Assembly: GCA_045863395.1 (NCBI GenBank)
Contig: BTVJ01000005.1
Span: forward strand, 1-64,000
DNA from: Myxococcales bacterium
GTDB lineage: Bacteria; Myxococcota_A; UBA9042; JABWCM01; BTVJ01
Direction: 5' to 3'
Length of the DNA: 64,000 nucleotides
Part shown: one piece after another, positions 19,635 to 28,237 of the stretch
How positions within the stretch are numbered: position 1 is the first letter of the stretch
How the letters are laid out: each line of letters starts with the position of its first letter
The notes under the pieces: generated by a model
The model's database searches: none
The model's input: the letters and a program-made list of their open reading frames with translations, nothing else
What the model was told of the DNA's origin: nothing
Made by a program: the position numbers and the translations under genes

Positions 19635-21077
19635 ATGGACGCCATCCGCTTCCACCTGAATGACCGCCTCGTCGAAGAGCGCGAGGCTCCTCCGACCACT
19701 ACGCTGCTCCGCTACCTGCGAGACCACCTGGGGCTGACGGCGACGAAGGAGGGCTGCGCCGAGGGAGACTGCGGTGCCTGCACCGTGGCCGTGCTCGACC
19801 CGCTGGCGCACGGCGGGCCTACCTACAGGGCCGTCAACGCGTGCCTTCTGCTCCTGCCCATGGTGCACGGCCGCCGGGTCTACACGGCGGAGGGGATCGG
19901 GGCCGGTGGGGGCATGCCGCACCCGGCCCAGGAGAGCATCGTGCAGGAGCTCGGCTCCCAGTGCGGCTACTGCACTCCGGGCGTGGTGATGTCCCTGTTC
20001 GAGGCGACGTATCGGGCCGACATGGACGCCCCGTGGAAGCTCGACGACCAGATGTGCGGCAACCTGTGCCGGTGCACCGGCTACCGCCCGATTCGGGACG
20101 CGGCCCGGCGGGTGGCGGGGAGCTGCCCCGACGACCGCTTCCGGGCGCTGCTCGCGGAGGATGGGGGCGGGGCGACGCTCTCCTACGAAGGCGCGGGGCA
20201 GCGCTACGACGCGCCGGGGAACGTCCAAGAGATCGTAGGGCTCCTCGACGGGACCGAGCGCGTGATCTGCGGCGCGACGGACCTGGGGCTGGACGTGACC
20301 AAGCGGCACGCGAAGTTTCCCCGCCTGGTGTCGCTGGAGGCGGCGCCGGAGCTGAGAGCCATCCGGCACGATGCGGGGCTCTGGACGTTTGGCGCAGCCG
20401 CGCCCCTCGCGGACGTGGAGGCCGCGACCGCGGCGGACCTGCCGTCGCTCGCCCGCATGCTGCGCTTCTTCGGCTCGCGGCAGATCAAGAACCGCGCGAC
20501 CCTCGGCGGCAACCTGTGCAACGCCTCGCCCATCGGGGACACGGCGCCCATCCTGCTGGCGCTTGGGGCGCGGGTGGTGCTCCGGTCCCGCGGGGGGGAG
20601 CGCCGCGTGCCCCTCGACGACTTCTTCGTCGGGTACCGCCGCACGGCGCTGGAGGCGGGTGAGCTGCTCGTGGCCGTGGAGGTGCCGGACCCGCCCGCGG
20701 GAGCCCGCATCGGCGCTTACAAGGTCTCGAAGCGGCGGGAGCTGGACATCTCTGCGGTGGCGGCGGGCATGTACGTGCGGGTCGAGGGAGGGACGGTCTC
20801 CGAGGCCCGCCTCGCCTACGGGGGCATGGCAGCGACGCCGGCCCGGGCCCATGCGGCGGAGGCGGCGCTGGTGGGGGGGCCGTGGACGGAGGCCGCGGTG
20901 GAGGCCGCGGTCAGCGCCCTGGACTTCACGCCGCTCTCGGACCACCGCGGATCCGCCTGGTACCGCGCGACCGTGGCGGCGAACCTGCTGCGCGGCTTCT
21001 TCGTGGAGACGCGGGATGGCGAGCGGCGCCTGCCGGACCGGCCGTCCGCGACCGTCGTGACGGAGGTGACCCCATGA
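19635..21077 (+). CDS. xdhA: Xanthine dehydrogenase small subunit (2Fe-2S + FAD)
   Basis: 'TKEGCAEGDCGACTV', 'SQCGYCTPG', 'GNLCRCTGYRPI', 'NRATLGGNLCNASPIGD', 'YKVSKR..DIS'. Confidence 0.95.
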   Translation: MDAIRFHLNDRLVEEREAPPTTTLLRYLRDHLGLTATKEGCAEGDCGACTVAVLDPLAHGGPTYRAVNACLLLLPMVHGRRVYTAEGIGAGGGMPHPAQESIVQELGSQCGYCTPGVVMSLFEATYRADMDAPWKLDDQMCGNLCRCTGYRPIRDAARRVAGSCPDDRFRALLAEDGGGATLSYEGAGQRYDAPGNVQEIVGLLDGTERVICGATDLGLDVTKRHAKFPRLVSLEAAPELRAIRHDAGLWTFGAAAPLADVEAATAADLPSLARMLRFFGSRQIKNRATLGGNLCNASPIGDTAPILLALGARVVLRSRGGERRVPLDDFFVGYRRTALEAGELLVAVEVPDPPAGARIGAYKVSKRRELDISAVAAGMYVRVEGGTVSEARLAYGGMAATPARAHAAEAALVGGPWTEAAVEAAVSALDFTPLSDHRGSAWYRATVAANLLRGFFVETRDGERRLPDRPSATVVTEVTP

Positions 21078-23356
21078 CCGGCGCGCCCCCCTCCTTGGAC
21101 CTCTTGCACGAGAGCGGCGCCCGCCATGTGGACGGGCGGGCCCTGTATGTCGACGACCTGGCCCCGCGAGGGGTGCTGGTCGCACGGATCGTCACGTCGC
21201 CGGTCGCGCGGGGGCGCATCCTGCGCCGGTCTGCCGAGGCGCCCGCCGGCACATGGGTCCTCTTCGCCGCCGACGTCCCGGGCCACCTGCGCATCGGCGC
21301 GGCCGTGCACGACGAGCCGCTGCTCGCCGATGGCGAGGTCGCCTACGTGGGGCAGCCGGTGGCGCTGGTGCTCGGCGAGAGCTACGAGGCCTGCCGGGAG
21401 GCCGCGGCGAGCGTGGTCATCGACATCGAGCCGGAGCCGCCCATCCTGAGCATCGCCGAGGCCATCGCCGCGGAGTCGTGGCTGATCACCCCCCACGTCA
21501 TGCAGCGGGGCGACGTGGCGGCGGCGCTGGCAGGAGCGGCGGTCCGCGTCGCGGGCGAGGTGTCGAGCAGCGCGCAGGATCACTTCTCCCTGGAGACCCA
21601 CGCGGCCCTGGCGCTGCCCATGGAGGACGGCATGCGCGTGCTGTCGTCGACGCAGCACCCGACGGAGGTCCAGAAGGCCGTGGCGGAGGTGCTCGGCCTT
21701 CCGGCGCACCGGGTGGTCTGCGAGGTCCCGCGCATGGGCGGCGGCTTCGGCGGCAAGGAGTCCCAGGCCACCCACTTCGCGGCCCTGGCGGCGCTCGGCG
21801 CCTGGAAGACCGGGCGCCCGGTCAAGGTGTGGCTCGACCGGGACCAGGACATGCGCATCACCGGCAAGCGCCACCCCTTCTGGTCGCGCTTCGAGGCGGG
21901 CTTCGACGAGGACGGCCGCATCGTGGCCCTCGGCGCGCACATCTACGCGGACGGCGGCTGGTCCACGGACCTGACGGGGCCGATCCTCGACCGGGCCGTG
22001 CTCCACCTGGACAACGCCTACTACGTCCCTTCCCTACGCTTCGAGGGGCGCGCCTGCCGCACGAACCTGCCGAGCAACACGGCCTTCCGGGGCTTCGGCG
22101 GGCCGCAAGGGATGATCGTCGTCGAGGAGGCGATCAACCGCTACGCCGAGCTGACGGGGCGGGACCCGGCCGAGGTCCGGCGCATCAACTACTACGGGGA
22201 CGCCCCGCGGGACCGCACCCCCTATGGGCAGGTCGTCGCCAACAACCGGCTGCCCCGCATCCACGAGGAGCTGCTGGCCAGCTCCGAGTACGAGGCACGG
22301 CGCCGGGCCATCGAGGAGCACAACGCCGCGGCGGTCCACACGAAGCGCGGCATCGGGTTCCAGCCGGTGAAGTTCGGCATCAGCTTCACCATGTCCGTGC
22401 TCAACCAGGCGGGCGCGCTGCTGCTGGTCTATACGGACGGCACGGTGCAGCTCAACCACGGCGGCACCGAGATGGGCCAGGGGCTCCACACCAAGATGGT
22501 GGCGGTGTGCGCCAAGGAGCTGGGCGTGCGGCCCGAGCACATCCGGCTCATGACCACGGCGACGGACAAGGTGCCCAACACGTCGGCGACGGCGGCCTCC
22601 AGCGGCTCCGACATCAACGGGCAGGCAGTCAAGGCCGCCTGTGAGACGCTGGTGGCGCGCATGCGGCCCATCGCGGCGACGCTCTTGGGGGTGGAGCCCG
22701 AGCGCGCAGGGGAGGTGCGCTTCGCGGACGGAGTGGCGACCGGCGGGGGCTCCTCGGTGCCCTTCGCGGCCGTAGCCCAGGCGTGCTGGGCGGCGCAGGT
22801 CTCGCTTGCCGCGACCGGCTACTACGCGACCCCGGGCATCGGCTACGACCGGACCCGCGGGGAGGGCACGCCCTTCTACTACTACGCCTTCGGAGCGGCG
22901 GTGACCGAGGTGGAGGTGAGCGGCCTCACGGGAGAGCACCGGGTGCTGCGGGTGGACATCCTGCACGACGTGGGCGACTCGCTGGCCCCGTCCATCGACC
23001 GGGGCCAGGTGGAGGGTGGCTACGTCCAGGGCTTGGGCTGGCTGACGGGGGAGGAGGTGCTCTTCGACGCGGAGGGGCGGCTCCTGACCCACGGCCCGTC
23101 CACCTACAAGATCCCCGCCATCGGGGACGTACCGGAGGACTTCCGCGTGCGGCTTCTCGACCGGGCCCCCCAGCCGGGCGTGATCCATGGCAGCAAGGCG
23201 GTGGGCGAGCCCCCCCTGATGCTCGCCATCTCGGCGGTGACCGCGCTGCGCCACGCCATCGCCGCGTTCGGACCAGGGGGCGTCGTAGTCCCCCTCACGC
23301 TCCCCGCCACGCCCGAGGCGATCCTCCGGGCGGTGGAGACGGTGCGTGCCTGCTGA
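21074..23356 (+). CDS. xdhB: Xanthine dehydrogenase molybdopterin-binding subunit
   Basis: 'RMGGGFGGKESQ', 'NTAFRGFGGPQG', 'GGTEMGQGL', 'SKAVGEPP'. ATGA overlap with xdhA. Confidence 0.95.
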   Translation: MTGAPPSLDLLHESGARHVDGRALYVDDLAPRGVLVARIVTSPVARGRILRRSAEAPAGTWVLFAADVPGHLRIGAAVHDEPLLADGEVAYVGQPVALVLGESYEACREAAASVVIDIEPEPPILSIAEAIAAESWLITPHVMQRGDVAAALAGAAVRVAGEVSSSAQDHFSLETHAALALPMEDGMRVLSSTQHPTEVQKAVAEVLGLPAHRVVCEVPRMGGGFGGKESQATHFAALAALGAWKTGRPVKVWLDRDQDMRITGKRHPFWSRFEAGFDEDGRIVALGAHIYADGGWSTDLTGPILDRAVLHLDNAYYVPSLRFEGRACRTNLPSNTAFRGFGGPQGMIVVEEAINRYAELTGRDPAEVRRINYYGDAPRDRTPYGQVVANNRLPRIHEELLASSEYEARRRAIEEHNAAAVHTKRGIGFQPVKFGISFTMSVLNQAGALLLVYTDGTVQLNHGGTEMGQGLHTKMVAVCAKELGVRPEHIRLMTTATDKVPNTSATAASSGSDINGQAVKAACETLVARMRPIAATLLGVEPERAGEVRFADGVATGGGSSVPFAAVAQACWAAQVSLAATGYYATPGIGYDRTRGEGTPFYYYAFGAAVTEVEVSGLTGEHRVLRVDILHDVGDSLAPSIDRGQVEGGYVQGLGWLTGEEVLFDAEGRLLTHGPSTYKIPAIGDVPEDFRVRLLDRAPQPGVIHGSKAVGEPPLMLAISAVTALRHAIAAFGPGGVVVPLTLPATPEAILRAVETVRAC

Positions 23357-23429
23357 CCTGCGAGGATGAGAGCGACAGGCTGCCTCCTCCCGTAGAGCGC
23401 GTGCACCAGCGGCGCCACGCGCCAACCTC

Positions 23430-24338
23430 TCACCGCGGGGCATCGCCGAGCGCGGCCGTGAGGGCGCTCGCCAGGTCGGGGTGCTCGAAGGTGTAGCCGG
23501 TGCGCTCGGCCGCGCTCGGGAGTACGCGCTGCGATGCCGTCAGGATCTCGCTCAGCTCCCCGAGCGCGAGGCGCAGGGCGACGTTGGGCACCGGCAAGAG
23601 CGCCGGCCGCCGCAGCGCATGCCCGAGCGCCCGGGTGAGCTCGGCGTTGGTGACGGGCAGGGGTCCCACGGCGTTGATGGCCCCGCGAATCCGGTCGTCC
23701 TGGCTCGCGTGGAGCAGGATGCCCACCTCGTCATCGATGTGGACCCACGGCATCCACTGCCGACCGCTGCCGAGGCGGCCTCCGACCCCCATGCGGAAGG
23801 CGGGGAGCATCTTGCCCAAGGCGCCGCCGGTCGCGAGCACGACGCCAGTCCGAACGCAGGCCACGCGGACGCCGAGCTGCTCGGCGGCGATCGCCTCGCG
23901 CTCCCACTCCACGCAGACGTCGGCGAGGAAGCCCGTGCCCGGACGCGACGCCTCATCGAGCTCCTCGTCGCCGCGGTCGCCGTAGTAGCCGACCGCTGAG
24001 GCCGACACCAGCACTCGCGGTCTGCTCTGTTGGGCAGCGAGCCCGGCGACCAGGTTGCGCGTACCGAGCACGCGGCTGTCACGGATCCGGCGCTTCCTCT
24101 CCACCGTCCAGCGTCCGTCCGCGACCGGCTCGCCCGCCAGGTTGAAGATCACGTCGACGCCATGGAGCGCAGCGGCCGGGGGCAGCCCGGCCTCGGGGGT
24201 CCAGGGGTGGGCCTCGACTCCACCGAGTCTGCGTGACGCCTGCTCGGGATGCCTGCTCAGGACGACAACCGTCCCATCCAGCCGCCCGATCAGCGCCCTC
24301 CCGATGAGGCCCGTCGCTCCGGTCACCAGCGTTCGCAT
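23430..24338 (-). CDS. TIGR01777 family NAD-dependent epimerase/oxidoreductase (YfcH-like)
   Basis: 'LVTGATGLIG', 'NLAGEPV..RW', 'SASAVGYYG', 'LGSGRQWMPWVH'. Confidence 0.93.
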   Translation of the reverse strand: MRTLVTGATGLIGRALIGRLDGTVVVLSRHPEQASRRLGGVEAHPWTPEAGLPPAAALHGVDVIFNLAGEPVADGRWTVERKRRIRDSRVLGTRNLVAGLAAQQSRPRVLVSASAVGYYGDRGDEELDEASRPGTGFLADVCVEWEREAIAAEQLGVRVACVRTGVVLATGGALGKMLPAFRMGVGGRLGSGRQWMPWVHIDDEVGILLHASQDDRIRGAINAVGPLPVTNAELTRALGHALRRPALLPVPNVALRLALGELSEILTASQRVLPSAAERTGYTFEHPDLASALTAALGDAPR

Positions 24339-24375
24339 CGTTCGCTCCTCTGCCTCCACAATGGGCACGCCTTGA

Positions 24376-24539
24376 CAGGGTCAGCAACAAATAGCTGCAC
24401 GCCCCTCATGGCCGCCTTCGGGCGGCTCGGCCCCGCCCAACCCCGGGAGGTACCAGGAGTACATCCGCGGGGTTGGCCGAGCCCGATCCGCCGCGAGCTC
24501 GGCGCATGAGGGCCGCGCCCATATTTGTTGCTGACCCTG
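24376..24539. mobile_element. 164-bp MITE with perfect 18-bp TIRs and a 3-bp TGA target duplication
   Basis: CAGGGTCAGCAACAAATA (24376-24393) and TATTTGTTGCTGACCCTG (24522-24539). TGA at 24373-24375 and 24540-24542. No transposase inside. Confidence 0.85.
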
Positions 24540-24760
24540 TGAACGGTCGCGACGGGTGGATTCGTCCACGACGACGCATCAGGGAGCAGATCGTGGCCGG
24601 GAGGTCGGCTGGAGCGTCTGGCCAGCGCGGGTCGCACCCTGCGCCCGGATCAGGCGCTCGGGGGTGACCCTGAGCAGGCGATGGGACGCGCGCTCGCAGA
24701 AGTGGAGACGACCCCAGCGGGTCGTGGGGAACCGCCGACGCGCAACGCCGGCGGCGATGC

Positions 24761-25177
24761 CTACCGGGCGTCCTCTTCGGCGCGGCGGGCGTCGACCTCG
24801 GCCTTGAGATCGCGCAGCTCGGGGGGGACCTCCGCCTCGCACTTCTTCTCGCCCTTGGCCAGGTAGGAGGTGGCGGGCTCCCAGCGAGCGCCGGCGAGCC
24901 ACGCGCCCTCGGTCGCCGCAGCCCGGGCGTGGGCGACCAGGATCCTGGCGAGGCCCAGCGCCGTCACGACCAGCACGACCAGCGGGAAGGCCATGACGAA
25001 CGCGCCGCCCAGGACCGGCGCCAGCAGCAGAGCGAGCAGCGTCGGCACGCGGCGGTAGGTGGCGCCGGAGAGGCCGTCGAGGGCGTCGCCGTCGGCGCCG
25101 ACGAAGCGGACGTCCAGCGCGTGAGTGGAGACGTAGAGACCGTAGGGTGCAGGCTGGTTCGAGGTGTGGCGCGTCAT
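24761..25177 (-). CDS. Conserved hypothetical membrane protein (Anaeromyxobacter-like)
   Basis: GGAGG RBS. 'RRVPTLLALLLAPVLGGAFVMAFP' TM hairpin, 'WEPATSYL', charged C-terminal helix. Confidence 0.7.
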   Translation of the reverse strand: MTRHTSNQPAPYGLYVSTHALDVRFVGADGDALDGLSGATYRRVPTLLALLLAPVLGGAFVMAFPLVVLVVTALGLARILVAHARAAATEGAWLAGARWEPATSYLAKGEKKCEAEVPPELRDLKAEVDARRAEEDAR

Positions 25178-25532
25178 GGTGTCCTCCGTGTGTCGTCGGC
25201 GCTCTGCCCGTCCTCCCCCCTTGCACTGACAGTATCGCCTGCCACGAGGCCGTCCCCAATCGGGCTGATCACCCAGAGACGCTCGGGAAGAGTGCCTACT
25301 CATGGCGAGACGCGTGCGGATCGGCGCACTGGAGCCGGGAGCGCGGCAAGACTGCCCCGTTGGCCGGGACGCCTTCGTGGGCTACCATGGATCCCGATGG
25401 CAACTCGGAGGGTCGGGCGCCTCGCGCTGCCCTTGGCCCCGGGGGGCGATTGGGGGCCCGGCGCGCACGCCAGGGAGGCTGCGAGGCCATCAGACTGACG
25501 CTCCCGCGTGCCCGCGGGGGAGGAGCTGCGCA

Positions 25533-27209
25533 ATGAAGACAGGGTGGATGCTCCTGGTCGCCATGGCGGTGGCGGCCTGTGCCGACCCGTCGAGCGGGTC
25601 GGATGCGAGCGCGTCGGGCGGCGACGTGGGCGCCGACGGAGGAGGCGACGTGGGCGCACTGGACACGAGCGGGAACGATGGGGGGCAAGGCGACGTACAC
25701 GACGGGGGCGTGGAGCCCTCCGACGCTGGGCCCGGGGACGCGAGCGGATCCGATGCCGCCAGCGACACCGGACCATCGGACGACGCAGGCGACGCGGGGG
25801 CACAAGACGCCGCGGCCGACGCGGGGGACACGATGGGCAAAGACGCCCAGGGCGGTGGCCTCCTCGACTGCTGCTCGGTGGCGGCGCCCTGCGGCCCGGG
25901 GCTCGTTTGCGCGCCGCTGCCCGGTGACACGGGTGTCTGCCAGGAGCCGACGACCGGCTGCTGGAGCAACGCAGACTGCGAGGCGGGCTTCACCTGCCAG
26001 GGCGTGACCCTGTGCCCATGCACCGCGGACTGCGCCGAGCCCGACGCGCCGGGAGCTTGCGTCCCCGACGCCATCCCAGAGGGGTGCTGCGCCACGGACG
26101 AGGACTGTGACATGGGCACCGACTCCGCGTGGACCTGCGCCGGGCCGTCCGACGGCGCCGGGGTGTACGGGACCTGCGTGCCGTATTATGGTCCCGCGGC
26201 TTGCTGGGACGACGGGGACTGCCCCTCCGGGACCACGTGCGACGGGGCCACCTACTGCGCCTGCGGTCAGCTCTGCGGCCAGATCGAGAAGCCCGGAGCC
26301 TGCGTCGTCAAGAACCAGCTCCTGTGCGACGGGTGGTGCGAGGACCCGCTCATGACCTGCGTGGGGGACACGCCGCCCCCGGCCATGGACCCGTCGCCCG
26401 GCCGGTGCATGATGACCCCGATCCCCGGGCGCTGCTGGGAGGACGATGGCTGCGAGGGCGACCAGGTCTGCGTGGGCGCCAAGTGGTGCGCGCCGGGCGC
26501 CTTCTGCCTGCAGTGGGACCTGCCGGGCTGGTGCCTGGAACCCGCCACCGCCGGCTGCTGGACCGCGGAGGACTGCGACCCGGAGGGCACCCTCTGCGTG
26601 GGCGCCGCCGTCGCCCAGGACCCAGAGAACCCCACGCCGCAGACCACCGGCGTGTGCTGCCCCACCCCGCCCGGCGGCTGCTGGCAGGACTCCCACTGCC
26701 CCAAAGGCGAGACCTGCGTGGGCGCCTCCCTGCCGCTGCCCGACGCCTGCGCCGATCCGCTGTCCGGGGCCGAGGCGGGCACCTGCATCCCGACGAGCAC
26801 GTGGCCCGAGGAGCTGTGCCTGTCCGACGCCGACTGCGCCACGGGCGTCTGCTACGGCGAGTGGACCTGCCCGGCCGGCGGACGCTGCATCGACGGGCCC
26901 TACCCGGGTCTCTGCCTCAGCCCGGGCGATGGCTGCTTCGAGATCGCCGACTGTGGCGGCGCCGCCTGCGGGAGCGCCTATGTGTGCGATGTCATCTCCG
27001 GCCAGATGTGCGGCGCCATCATGGCGGCCCCCGGGGCCTGCGAGACCCTCGACGCGGGGGACATCTGCCTCCAAGGGGGTGGCGGCTGCGGCGACGCCCT
27101 CTCGTGCTGCTACCCCTGCGGCATCCCGGGCTGCGCTTGGAAGTGCGTCCCCTCCTGCGACCCGGGCGACCCCTTCTGTTCAGGCGGGTGCTCCGTGGGG
27201 ATGCCCTGA
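25533..27209 (+). CDS. Cys-rich repeat lipoprotein
   Basis: GGAGGAG RBS, lipobox 'AVAAC', D/G/A-rich linker, about 7 repeats of GCWxxxDCxxGxxCxG..PGxC. Confidence 0.82.
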   Translation: MKTGWMLLVAMAVAACADPSSGSDASASGGDVGADGGGDVGALDTSGNDGGQGDVHDGGVEPSDAGPGDASGSDAASDTGPSDDAGDAGAQDAAADAGDTMGKDAQGGGLLDCCSVAAPCGPGLVCAPLPGDTGVCQEPTTGCWSNADCEAGFTCQGVTLCPCTADCAEPDAPGACVPDAIPEGCCATDEDCDMGTDSAWTCAGPSDGAGVYGTCVPYYGPAACWDDGDCPSGTTCDGATYCACGQLCGQIEKPGACVVKNQLLCDGWCEDPLMTCVGDTPPPAMDPSPGRCMMTPIPGRCWEDDGCEGDQVCVGAKWCAPGAFCLQWDLPGWCLEPATAGCWTAEDCDPEGTLCVGAAVAQDPENPTPQTTGVCCPTPPGGCWQDSHCPKGETCVGASLPLPDACADPLSGAEAGTCIPTSTWPEELCLSDADCATGVCYGEWTCPAGGRCIDGPYPGLCLSPGDGCFEIADCGGAACGSAYVCDVISGQMCGAIMAAPGACETLDAGDICLQGGGGCGDALSCCYPCGIPGCAWKCVPSCDPGDPFCSGGCSVGMP

Positions 27210-27304
27210 CCGCAGGGCCCCACGAGAGCGCGGAGGCGCGGCCCCTGCTACCGACCCTCTGGGAGCGTTGCAATAGTGGGGGCCATCTCCCGCACGAAGG
27301 ACAC

Positions 27305-28107
27305 ATGGCGCAGATCGCTCACAGACCGCAGGACGGCGTCACGACAGGCTCGCGGCCGCCGCGATCCCTGAGCGTCGTCCGGGACCCTCCCTCGGAGGAG
27401 GTGGGCGCCCCCATCGACTGGACCCCTTGGTACCTCACCGACGAGGAAGACATGGGGGAGAGCTGCGAGCAGGGGGTCATCATCCGAGTGCTCCTCTCGG
27501 TGCTTGCCCAGCTCCTGCACGACCGAGGCTGGACGGACCACCTCTGGGTCGGCGCGGACAACTACTTCGGTTGGGTCGCGGGCGAGCCAAACGTGAGGGT
27601 GTCGCCGGACGTCTGCGTGCTCTCGCCGCCGCCGGCGCTACCGCTCCCGAAGCGCTGGGAGACTTGGCGCCCGGGTCATCGCCCCCTACCCTGGCAATCG
27701 AGATCGTCGCGGACGACTGGCGCAAGGACTACGAGCAAGGTCCCCAGAAGTACGCCCAGCTCGGCGCCGACGAGCTGTTGATCTTCGACCCGGAGGCGGC
27801 GCGAGGGGCGACCCGCCTCCCGGAGCGGACCCCGCTCCAGGTCTACGTCAGCGAGGCAGACGGCAGCTTCGTCCGCGGCTTCTCCGGCGGGGGCCCGGCG
27901 TGGTCACGGGTGCTCGGCGCGTGGCTGACGGTGGTGGACGGGAGCGAGGCGCCGCTGCTGCGGCTCGTGGTGGAGGACGGGCGCACCCTGCTCCCCACCG
28001 AAGCAGAGGCACGCGAGGCCGAGCGCGCGGCGCGCGAGGCCGCGGAGCACAGGCTGGCCGCGCTGGAGGCGGAGCTCGAACGCATCCGTCGGGAGCGCGT
28101 GAGGTGA
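27305..28107 (+). pseudogene. Uma2/DUF820 family endonuclease, frameshifted at a C5 run (27682-27686)
   Basis: N-half 'WVGADNYF..VSPDVCV' is in one frame, C-half 'TLAIEIVA..RKDY..KYAQLGADELLIFDP' plus coiled tail in another. One extra C restores 'HRPPTLAIE'. Confidence 0.85.
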
Positions 28108-28237
28108 GCCCCCTCCGGGAGCGGGGCAGTAGCCGCGCCGCACCGATGCCGTGAGATGCGCCCGCCGTCTGGTCCTGGACGTGTGACGCCGCGGCCCGGA
28201 GGTCGCTCCTACACGCCGACATCGAACCACTCGACCG

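Noticed and set aside
25215..25250. sigma54 promoter (TGGCA...) upstream of the 25177 gene
   Set aside because: No GC at the -12 position (GG-N10-TG).
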